DNA of 64,000 nt from Eutreptiella sp. 'Long Island Sound 2002'. Its lineage: Eukaryota > Protista > Euglenida. Location of the stretch: contig OZ038379.1 in NCBI GenBank assembly GCA_964036045.1, forward strand, positions 24,242,001 to 24,306,000. Direction: 5' to 3'. The notes below the pieces were generated by a model. The model did not search any database. It saw only the letters and a program-made list of their open reading frames with translations, and had not been told where the DNA came from. Of the stretch, positions 47,901 through 57,215 are shown one piece after another. The position numbers and the translations under genes are program-made. Each line of letters begins with the position of its first letter. Position 1 is the stretch's first letter.

Positions 47901-50298
47901 AGATGCACGTGATTTCCCTGTCAAATTGTTCTCATCTGTAAATAAGGAAACACAAGACACAATGGTGAGACGCTTTCCATGGGGCTAGAAAAGGGTTTCA
48001 GTCAACAAAATGCCAATCCTGTACATGAAACGACCATGCGGAACTCAAAATGTCGATGGAAGGCAAGATATTGAGCACCCATTTTCATGCTTGTCCTCCA
48101 TGCTGCTGATGCAGTTTCGTGTGTGCACCTTGAGCTGGGTTACTGGCAATAATGATGCAGTGGGAGGAATCAGGCGGACCGAACCAGGAGATGAAGCGGT
48201 GGCGAGGGCAAGAGGCCAATGATGATGACAACAATGATGCATGGCATTCGGTAAGTGTGCCCGAAAGCAGCTCCCCCATCTCCCCTCCACCCTCAGTTGC
48301 ACAAGTATGGCTTTGTCTGAGTTTTGCATTGCCATGGTACAATCTGGGCGCCCATCTTGGAACCTGATTTCTTCCCGTTCCAATGGTACAATGGTATTGG
48401 CTGACAGAGGGGTCAGACTTCGTCTCTAAGTGTGTGTCCATCTCTAAGCACCAGTGTGTTACCAGTGCGTTTGCCTGCAGTGGGGCCCAACGCAGTCCGT
48501 AGTGGTGAACATTTCTCTCACACTTGCGCCGTTGGTCACATGTGCACCACATGAATGGCAAGTTTGTGCCTGCAACATTTGTTTATGCCTTCTTGCTCAG
48601 CCATAAGTGCATTCACATTCAGTGGGTTCCAACAAGAAGACAATAGCCCCCTTGTAGCATGGGCCTTAACAGGGTTGTGCCCCCTGCATGATGAGCACCT
48701 CCTGACAGGGTTGTGCCCCCTGCATGATGAGCACCTCCAGGAAACAAGCGGCCCCTGGACCATAATTCGTGCCTGCCTCCTGCACCATGATGTTCCCCAT
48801 TTGCTCATTATTGCTGTCACCCACAGCCCCGCTATGCAACGCAGTGTGGCCAGTGCATGGAGCACGTGTTGAGTATGCCCTTACCCCTGCACCCCAGGCA
48901 GACAGCCTGTTGGGGGCAGGGCTGCTCTTGCAGCGAGCGAGGTGGTAGCACCGTTGGTATCCTGAGGGGTTGGGCTGATGGGCGTGCTGATGGGCGTTTT
49001 CCAGTCACCCTGATGCATGGTAGGCATGCAAGGTGAGGCGAGCAAGCGCAGGGGCAGCAGCACGCATAAACAGCTTCAGGGCATGGCAGCAGCGCAAGGC
49101 AACATGGAGAGGTATGGGCAGGCCCAGGAGGCGCAGGAGAGTGTGGGGGTATATCAATGGGTGCGATGTAGGGCTGCAGCATGTGACACTAGCACGGCCA
49201 TGACAGACAGGTACCAAGCCAGCTGGTGTGTGGGGAGGAGTTAAGCCCCTGTGCTGGGCAGGAGAGGCACCAGCACCTTGGCAGAAGCACAAGGGAGGGC
49301 TGGGTACCAGTAGGGGTCCTATCACTATCCATGGGCAGCATGGGAGGGTCTTCAACAAAGACACTTAGTTGCTTGTAGTCCCTCTGTCACATGTTCCTTG
49401 CAAGGGTAGCCCAGAGAGAAAACAGAGTACAAAGTTGGTGAAGAAAGGGATTCGCAAATGTGGTAAGGTGAGTAATGCGTGTCATAAGCCTCCAAGATAG
49501 GGTCTCAATAGTAGATGAGGTACCAAAAGTGCACTTTGCATATGCATTGCTGCAATGGTGTTGTCAAGAATGTATGATAAGTGTCATCCAAGATGGTTTG
49601 TGCCAACACTTTTTGCACAGTCACCCCTCATTTTCACATTACACACTTTTCAAGAGCCAGGATGGTGCTCACCTCACCATCTTCGAACATTTTGGTAGGA
49701 AAGAAGGGCCAGTGCCAAGAGCCACAACCCAAACCAATTGCCTTTGTACAATCACTGCGGTGGTATATGGCCAAACGACACTACTACTATACATGCAGCT
49801 AGCTGCCTTAGGATCCTGGCCTCCTGGTGGTGGTAATACCAATGCGAATACCCGTCAGTACCAAGGAGTGTTACCAATGCCAGAAAGACCCAACATCAGT
49901 TTGGCAGCAAAGCCTCCAAATGGTGACCCAAATTAACAACAACTAAGCTGTGGCGGCACTGCTGGCATTTCAATGGGCTTCATAGAATTAAGGAGGGAGA
50001 ACAAGTACCACATCAAAAAGAGGAAGTGTATTGGTGGGTCGAGCCGATATACTCAATGAAGATGGCCTCATGACATGGCGCAGGTACTCCGGTGCCTGCC
50101 TAACCCCCCCCCCCCCTCAATATACCCCGGCGGTATATTGAATGACCCCGGGTATATTAAACGCCCCGGGGTATATTAAATGAGATGCCACCGAATGAGT
50201 AATGTTAGGCCCGGGGTGAGGGTCAGGGGTTTGCTTCTTTGTTAATTGCCCCATGTCTGTTGGATTCCAGAACTGTCTCTGCCCACATTTTTCTGAAC

Positions 50299-50796
50299 AT
50301 GAGTGACAATGATGTTGCACTTGCTGAAAATGAGGAGGTGTTTGATCCTGATCCTGGGGATGACAGCAGTTCTGACAGTGTGGAGGATGACGGAGAGGAT
50401 GGTGGTTTGACACAGTTCATCCAATTGATTGATGTGTTGCTGGCCCATTTTTTCAGAGACGAATATTTTGCCACTCATTATAAACCATGGTTTGATGCAT
50501 TGCCCATTGGTACCGATGTACCTCCGCCACGGCTCATGTCCCTCATGTTGCAATGGTCGCATGATACTTACATGTGTTGCTGTCAGAAGTTGCACACCCC
50601 AGGGGTCGTGAAGAACTTTGGGTATTTTGATCCAACGTCTGCAAAAATTCATGGTTTTGAGTACAAGTTTGTTCAGACAGAGGTTCCATTTGCACAGCGT
50701 GTGGCAAAGCCCAAGCCAAGGGCAAAGAGCGCTGGTGCTTTGCACCGTAGCATTGCCTCACACTTTCAGCCTGTGGCCAGAAGGGATGCTCAATAG
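50299..50796 (+). CDS. Orphan 165-aa protein with acidic N-terminus and basic C-terminus
   Basis: The ATG is preceded by a pyrimidine-rich tract and CAG acceptor (~50270). Composition is protein-like (LTQFIQLIDVLLAHFFRDEYFATHYKPWFDAL). Flanked by C/G-run and ATACCCCGGGG motifs. Confidence 0.45.
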   Translation: MSDNDVALAENEEVFDPDPGDDSSSDSVEDDGEDGGLTQFIQLIDVLLAHFFRDEYFATHYKPWFDALPIGTDVPPPRLMSLMLQWSHDTYMCCCQKLHTPGVVKNFGYFDPTSAKIHGFEYKFVQTEVPFAQRVAKPKPRAKSAGALHRSIASHFQPVARRDAQ

Positions 50797-53179
50797 ACAT
50801 TAACGGCGTGTTTGATGTCCAGCTGCCCAGCCCATTTCGTGTCGTACCACTGCTTGTTGCGAGAGGGGGGGGGTTATTGAATACCCCATGCCAGTCATTA
50901 TACCCCGGGGGGGGGATAATGAAAGGGACGGGGGTAAATGAATGGGCCGGCGGTTTAACCTCTTTGCATAAGGGAAGCTGGGAGCCCCAGGCCAAGTGAT
51001 GAGATAGGAAGCACGCATAATCTGGGTGTAGGGGCAGGCCTAGATTACGATTGTGCTTTTTCGTCATTTTTTGTAATTTTGTAAATTGCATAATTTGTCA
51101 CAATGTGGTGTACAAAGTATCGTCATTGAATGTGATTTGTAGCTATGCGACCATGTTTTGTTGTCATTTCTGTGTTGCCAGTATTGCACTATTGTTACCA
51201 ACCCTTGTTGTTCACACGTAGTGATTCATATTCATTCATTCATTCAGTCACCTCTGTCACAATGCCTTCACTAGGTGAGCACCCACCAATGCAGTAGCGA
51301 CGAAAACGCTGAGAAGAAGAAGGCGTACTGTTGCCTCTGCGCACGCATGCGTGGCTCACAATCCACATGGGGAACGTTTGCCAAGAGGAGTAGATGCATG
51401 CACTAGCTTGTTAGTGTTGAGTACGAATGGACCTCCTTGATCGGAGAACACCACTGCCCCCTACGACCAAGTGCGGCGAACAGCGACTTTGTCGATGAAG
51501 CTTCACCGGTGCGTGTGTACTTATTGGAGATTGTCTTGTCATGTGCTATGGGTGCAATGTGACTTAGGAGCCTTGCAAATGCCATTTACAATTGAGGTTT
51601 CATTTGCTCAAGGACGAAAAATGTATTGAGCTAGGCTAGGCCGTGAAAGGAGATGTAGCACTATGATACGCACAATAAATTTGAAAAAACAAAATGGCGA
51701 ACACACGAGACACCGATCATAACCTAGAAGGTAGGCATATTGTTGCCAGGCTCAAGTTGCCAAGTGCGGAAGATGGTCTGATGTGGTGCATATGTTGCAG
51801 TGTTGCAGTTGGTCATGACCACAAGAACTTTGGACGATTGCACATCAATAAGGATGCACAGCCCGGCGACTAGCAAGCTTTCGCAACAAATGGATGAGCA
51901 TTTTGCAAAAATGCCTATTGGGGTGGGCAACAATGAGGGGTTTTGGCTGAGTATGCCACAGCCATCATTAATCACCTTCAACCTCTGCAGACGTGATCTT
52001 TTAGTTTGTCTAGTGTTTTGGACATAAAGCTTTGCACCACATGGCTAGAATTGAGGCACGTCTAGGTTGCATCGTATTTTAATGGTGATTTGGAACTTTT
52101 GTCACTCACACCCCTTGTATGAATGTATTCTTTGGGACACTGCCTTTGTACCTCATGGACTTTAAGTTTTTGATTGGTGACACACCGTATGGTCACGTTG
52201 GATTTTGCTACTGTGTTTTTGCACAGGGTGCTTCACTCATGTGGCAATGAAGAACATGAGCAACAAGAGCAATGGTTGAATAAAAGGTCAGTGTATGTTC
52301 TATGGGGTAACAAAAGCCCTAAGAGTATGATCCAACATGATGATTCTTGTGGTGGACTGTATTCATGAACATCAAGTTGTCATGGTCTAAGCCAAGATGC
52401 CATTGTGATGTTTGAAGTTTATGAGCAGTGTTTATTCATCATAACTTAATCTCAATGGCTTTTCTATGTTGAAGTTTGTGGCACTCTCCCTCCAATTACA
52501 CTACACACTACAATTAATCATCATCAAAATCGTCATCGGTTCATACTTGGGATAATCGTAATCTAGGCATGCCCCTGCTAGGTGCTAGGTGGAATCAAGT
52601 GTGGTCATGATGGTGCATGTTGCACGCATGAAGGTGCCTTGAGAAGAGAACAGCCGATTCTGGAAAAACCTGGAGGGAATTGTGGATTGCGCCTCCCACC
52701 AACATCAACAACTACCAAGAATGGTGTGTCAAACTACCACAGAAAAACATAATATTGGTTGGCAACGACAAAGGTGCACTAGGAATCATGGAGGAGCAAG
52801 CTCAAGGATGCTAGAATGGGAGCAACGTATGGTAGTGGAGACATATGTGTGGTGTAGGATTGCACAAAAAGAACGCCTTGACTAGTTTGCACAGTACATA
52901 TGTACAGCAAATGCTACAACAAGTATTGCATGAACATGCACCACAGCTTGGAAACACACAGAAGGTGCAGCAGTCTTGAACTAGAACTCCTGTTTGCTGC
53001 AGGGAAACAGGGGTTTTACGCAGTTTTGTTATTGTTGTACACTGTCTCCATTTAGTTTCTTATTTAAATATTGCCTGGGGAGTCAAAAGGTGCAGGCCTG
53101 AGACTTCGAACAATCCTGTGATAGGCCCACCTTCCCTTCAAGCTTCTCCCCTTTTGCCTGTCGGTCGCTGCCCTTCAAC

Positions 53180-54226
53180 ATGTCGGAGTCCATCGATTTC
53201 CAGGATTATATCCTGGCGGGGGTGCAGGATTCGGTGCGGGGAGATTCCCCGGCACGTGATTGGGTTCTGGCACGTACAAAGGTATTAAAGAGCCTTCGGG
53301 GACTGGGTGCCAGGCGTACCGAGTGGATACGGCAGTTCGCGGCTTCGGTTCAATTCACGGGCGATGAGGATGCGTTTATTGAGTACATCATCGGATATGT
53401 CCTGACGGCTGGGGTGTCTTTAAATGTGGAGACAGGCCTCTTTACTGCGAATGCTCAGGTGTCCCCGGGACCTCTTCATGACACGGCTCTGCAGACGCTC
53501 TTGGAAAATCAACAGAAAATGATATCCGACTTGCATGCACAGGTCGCCAGCCTGACTTCTGCGCCAGCCAAACAGGAAATGATGATACCTCCCCTGTCAC
53601 TTAAAGCTCTGTACGACCTGCACGTGGCGTACAACCACCCCCAGTAGGTGGTCCGCATGATTTGGTTTCTTCGTGCCATGGTCCTGCGTTTGCCGATCCC
53701 ACAGCGCGAGATGAGGATGTCTGACAAGTGGGGCGACGAGCAACAGCGTGCCCTGCTGCTGGAGTTCTCCGATGCCCAGAAGGCGAATGTCACGAAGTGG
53801 ACTGACCTGAAGCCTGACGGGGACGACGTAGCGATGGCGGGTGGATCTTCCGACAAGGATCTGGGAAAGGCGAACCCTTCCGCAGGCCCCGAATTATCTG
53901 AGGGTTTGGTCCAAATGACGGAAGCCATGTGGCTCTTGACTTACACGGCGGTGCACAAATATAAGGAAAAATACGAGTCTGATGCCACACAGTCCAAACA
54001 GGTGTCCAGTAATTCGGTGTTCACAGAGGGCCTGACGCCAGCGGGAGCGCGGATAAAGAAAATCATGGCCAAACGCTTTCGGATCCAGGATGGAGTGGAG
54101 TTCTTTGAGGTGCACAAGAACGAGTGGGTTCGGTCATCCGACCCACCGGTGGGCCCGTGTAAAACGTGCAGAGAAAAAGGAAAGATTGAGCGCCACTGGG
54201 TCTGGCAGTGCCCTCTCCTGGAGTGA
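53180..54226 (+). pseudogene. gag: gag-like ORF of element 1 with one in-frame TAG (53645-53647) and a C-terminal C-x2-C-x8-H-x4-C knuckle
   Basis: ORFs 53180-53647 and 53648-54226 are contiguous in one frame; the protein ends PPVGPCKTCREKGKIERHWVWQCPLLE*. Confidence 0.75.
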
Positions 54227-57215
54227 AAAGATGCCCCCCCGCTGGTGGGGGGGTTTGAACCAGAATGGGCTCCCCGTGCCCCTGCCACACCAGCCCCCGG
54301 CCCGTCGTGATCACAGATGGCTTCCGAAGACACCATCCACTGGCCCTCGATCTTGGACGCATGGAAGGCCTTGGGGTATTGCGACCCGCACGACTGCGTC
54401 TCCGCGGCGATTCTATCCACGTGGAAAGGAGGTACGCGAGACGCGTATGCATCCCATCTCCGACGTCTGGCACAAATCGGTGGTCGAACAGCTTGGAATG
54501 ACGCGCAGCGGGTGGTCGAATTGGCACTCTTCCAGATGTTCAAGATGGGCTTCCGAAAGGCCACTCTCCGTGGCTGCGTCTTCGCGGTCAAAGCATGCGT
54601 GGTACTGGGGTGGCTACCGGAGCTCAATTGGACCCGCCTGTGGAGGATCACAAAAGCGCCAGTGGATTCCGAAGTCCACAGACCATACGGAGGCCCTGAC
54701 GTCCTCCAGATCATCGCTGAAGCCTGCACATCGGTGGAAGACTGGATCACGTATGCTGGATGTGTCCTGTCGTTCTCCGCCCTATCCAGGGTGGGTGAAG
54801 TATCCTCGGCGCGAAGGAATGAAGTGGGAAAGTCGTACTTCTCGTTCTGGGGCCTCAAACGGGGGGAGCGCTGGGTCACACCCCAGCTGGGCCCCTATGC
54901 TGCAGTCTGGGCACGCTGGCTGCGCCGTATCCGACCAGGTCGCGGCATCCTCTTATTCTCCGCGGCGCAGTTGGAGGAAAACATGGAGAAGCTTCTCAAA
55001 GGTTCGATACGAGCAGAGGCACGCTGGCATGCATGGAGACGCGCGGGGGCCACGTACCTGCGCGCCTTCGGTCTGCCCTGGCGCTTCCTTTGCTGGTGGG
55101 GGCGTTGGGCCAGTGTTAAAATGGCCCATTACTACGCTACCCCGCCTGATGAGTTCAACATGGTCGATGAAGCGCGATTGCCTTGGCCAACAGACACGGG
55201 TTTCACCTGGAAGCGTACCCACTTGGCCCTCCTGTGGCCAAAGTCTCTCCGGGACCTGTTCGACGAAAAGCCGACCATCAAGAAGCCCTCCTCGGAGTCC
55301 AGAGAGAACGCCAGAGATTCCTCAAAGCAGGCCGTGGATTCGGACTCGGAGGGAGATGCAGCCTATCCTCCGCAACGAGGCCGCTCTCGGTGTGAGCCCA
55401 TCATCGTGGGTGAGGCCCCACCTGCCACTGCCAAGCGCCGCAAAGCCCAGGGGTCTTCCTCCAACGGTCGGTCCTTGGGAAATCGGGAGCAGCCAAGACC
55501 CTCTTCAACGTCCACGGCCGGAACGACGACCTCGGCCAAGGCCCCAGTCACCGCCCCTCCTGGGCCGCCTTCCACAGCCACTTCTTCCGGCGGTGATGGG
55601 GTGCAGGCATGCGCCACAACAACGGATCGTGACAAGTCCACCGACAGCGGTCAAGCCGCCTCAAAGTTCGCAGGCAGGGTGCGGTCCTCGGTCACAGGGG
55701 CCCGGAGATCAGTGCAGCCAGTCCGACTCAACCCCAAGGAGATGGCCCTCAAAGTCATACGTGCTGCGGGTGGCACCGCTGGACTTCTCCTGCCCTCGGT
55801 TGCAGGCGGTGGAGCAGTTGCTCGACTCTCCAAGGGGTCTGGGCTGGATAAATAATACCCTGGAGGGGCTTCGGTTGCCTGACTCTTTGAGACCGTTGGT
55901 GAGGGGTCGGATTCGGTTGCTCCTTATGCGAGGGGCCCGTGTGGCCTTTGATATCTCTATGTCTTCTTTTGACGAGAGGGTCCTGCAGGCTTTGGATGCC
56001 CTTACCCCTGAAGTCTGGATTTGCATCTTCAAAGATACTACCTCCCCTATCACTCTGCTTATTGGTTTGGACAGGAGCGTCCTGGACAGGGGAATAGGCC
56101 AGATTGGTTCCATCAGCATACCCCCTTTTATTTGGAATTTTTTGGCCCCGGAGGATTTTGAATCCGTTGCTTCGCGGGATCTGGGTAGCATGCGTAGTAT
56201 GTCGGAAGAGGGCCTGGTGATGGCCAGGGCATTGGTGCGCGACGGTGTGCTTAGCGAGTGGGGGGGGGGGGGGGCGAATGGGTACATGTTCCCGGTCCCG
56301 AAAAACTCCACGAAGGCGTCCATGATTGTGCACTTGGTGAAGTTTAATAAGGCTCACGAACATAAGCCGGCGAGCTTTGGACTCCCTTCCGTGGAGGATC
56401 TGGCTCTTATGGTGCAGGTTCACAGCTTGCAGTTGCCACGTTTGGCTTTGGGTGATGCAGATTATTTGCGTTTTTTGTCCGACCCTTTTTTGCAATCCCT
56501 GGAGCACTTGCGTGTCGAGTCAGAGCCGGGTGCGCCCCTGGTTGCTTGCCATGTGGACCTGACGAACGCATTTTGGTCCCTACGGCTCCCCGACCACCTC
56601 CGGGGCGCCTTCAGGGTCTGCATTGATGGAAAGACTTATGGATTTAATTGCCTGCCGTTTGGTTGGCAGTACTCCCCCATTGTCTGCCAGACTGTTTTGG
56701 GGTATATCCTGGCGTCCCTGGGTTTTTCGAATGTTTTGGTTTTGCATTACCTCGACGATTTTTTAATTGTAGGTTATGGCAAGAATAGGGTGCGAACGGC
56801 CGCTGCCTCTTTGTGCGAGGCTTTAAGGAAGTCAGGGGCTATAATCAGTGTCAAGAGCGTTTTGGAGCCCGTCACCAGGATCTTGTGGTTGGGGAAGGAC
56901 CTGAATTTTGATCCCTTAAATTCGTCGATCCACACGACACCACAGGGTTGGGCCTCCCTGGTTGGGATTTGGTTGAGGACGGCTCTACAGCCTCTTACCC
57001 GCAAGCGTGCTCGTAAGGTTTTGGGTCGTTTTACCTGGGCAGTGCGCCCTGCCGTTGGTGGAATGCCCTTCCTCTCCGGTTGGTGGAATTTCTGTCAATG
57101 GGGCCCCAATTGGTTGCAGAATTGCCCCATGCGCCTCCTGCTCAGGGTACAGAACAACATGCCATTCGTATTGTTGCCTTGTTTTATGTGTGAAACACAA
57201 GGCAAAGGAAAGTAG
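54090..57215 (+). CDS. pol: Reverse transcriptase ORF of element 1 with a long N-terminal region overlapping gag 3' end and the whole YR; RNase H lost
   Basis: MFPVPK...VHLVKFN, HVDLTNAFWSL, LPFGWQYSP, YLDD, KSVLEPVTRILWLG. The frame has no stop from 54057 to 57212. Confidence 0.88.
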   Translation: MEWSSLRCTRTSGFGHPTHRWARVKRAEKKERLSATGSGSALSWSEKMPPRWWGGLNQNGLPVPLPHQPPARRDHRWLPKTPSTGPRSWTHGRPWGIATRTTASPRRFYPRGKEVRETRMHPISDVWHKSVVEQLGMTRSGWSNWHSSRCSRWASERPLSVAASSRSKHAWYWGGYRSSIGPACGGSQKRQWIPKSTDHTEALTSSRSSLKPAHRWKTGSRMLDVSCRSPPYPGWVKYPRREGMKWESRTSRSGASNGGSAGSHPSWAPMLQSGHAGCAVSDQVAASSYSPRRSWRKTWRSFSKVRYEQRHAGMHGDARGPRTCAPSVCPGASFAGGGVGPVLKWPITTLPRLMSSTWSMKRDCLGQQTRVSPGSVPTWPSCGQSLSGTCSTKSRPSRSPPRSPERTPEIPQSRPWIRTRREMQPILRNEAALGVSPSSWVRPHLPLPSAAKPRGLPPTVGPWEIGSSQDPLQRPRPERRPRPRPQSPPLLGRLPQPLLPAVMGCRHAPQQRIVTSPPTAVKPPQSSQAGCGPRSQGPGDQCSQSDSTPRRWPSKSYVLRVAPLDFSCPRLQAVEQLLDSPRGLGWINNTLEGLRLPDSLRPLVRGRIRLLLMRGARVAFDISMSSFDERVLQALDALTPEVWICIFKDTTSPITLLIGLDRSVLDRGIGQIGSISIPPFIWNFLAPEDFESVASRDLGSMRSMSEEGLVMARALVRDGVLSEWGGGGANGYMFPVPKNSTKASMIVHLVKFNKAHEHKPASFGLPSVEDLALMVQVHSLQLPRLALGDADYLRFLSDPFLQSLEHLRVESEPGAPLVACHVDLTNAFWSLRLPDHLRGAFRVCIDGKTYGFNCLPFGWQYSPIVCQTVLGYILASLGFSNVLVLHYLDDFLIVGYGKNRVRTAAASLCEALRKSGAIISVKSVLEPVTRILWLGKDLNFDPLNSSIHTTPQGWASLVGIWLRTALQPLTRKRARKVLGRFTWAVRPAVGGMPFLSGWWNFCQWGPNWLQNCPMRLLLRVQNNMPFVLLPCFMCETQGKGK
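54317..55855 (+). CDS. Tyrosine recombinase of element 1, with a low-complexity C-terminal tail
   Basis: Catalytic set R (LSRVGE), K (GLKRG), HxxR (WHAWRRAGATYL), W (GRWAS) and Y (AHYYA) is intact. Confidence 0.9.
   Translation: MASEDTIHWPSILDAWKALGYCDPHDCVSAAILSTWKGGTRDAYASHLRRLAQIGGRTAWNDAQRVVELALFQMFKMGFRKATLRGCVFAVKACVVLGWLPELNWTRLWRITKAPVDSEVHRPYGGPDVLQIIAEACTSVEDWITYAGCVLSFSALSRVGEVSSARRNEVGKSYFSFWGLKRGERWVTPQLGPYAAVWARWLRRIRPGRGILLFSAAQLEENMEKLLKGSIRAEARWHAWRRAGATYLRAFGLPWRFLCWWGRWASVKMAHYYATPPDEFNMVDEARLPWPTDTGFTWKRTHLALLWPKSLRDLFDEKPTIKKPSSESRENARDSSKQAVDSDSEGDAAYPPQRGRSRCEPIIVGEAPPATAKRRKAQGSSSNGRSLGNREQPRPSSTSTAGTTTSAKAPVTAPPGPPSTATSSGGDGVQACATTTDRDKSTDSGQAASKFAGRVRSSVTGARRSVQPVRLNPKEMALKVIRAAGGTAGLLLPSVAGGGAVARLSKGSGLDK

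Larger units (their letters stand above)
53100..57140 (+). mobile_element. Tyrosine-recombinase (DIRS-order) retrotransposon 1, gag-YR-RT order (VIPER/TATE-like), 3'-truncated before RNase H
   Basis: See component ORFs. RT homology stops at ~57140 and AT-rich DNA follows. Termini were not identified. Confidence 0.9.

Noticed and set aside
45400-49500. LINE relic
   Set aside because: Only vague Cys/His fragments and a 36-bp tandem duplication (~48668-48740); no RT or endonuclease motif recognised.
51730-51870. BED/hAT-like Zn finger (LMWCICCSVAVGHDHKNFGRLHI)
   Set aside because: Too short and surrounded by stops, with no downstream transposase motifs recognised.
53941-54879. 312-aa minus-strand ORF across the gag/YR junction
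   Set aside because: No motifs, and no comparable conserved ORF in element 2; probably a GC-driven shadow.
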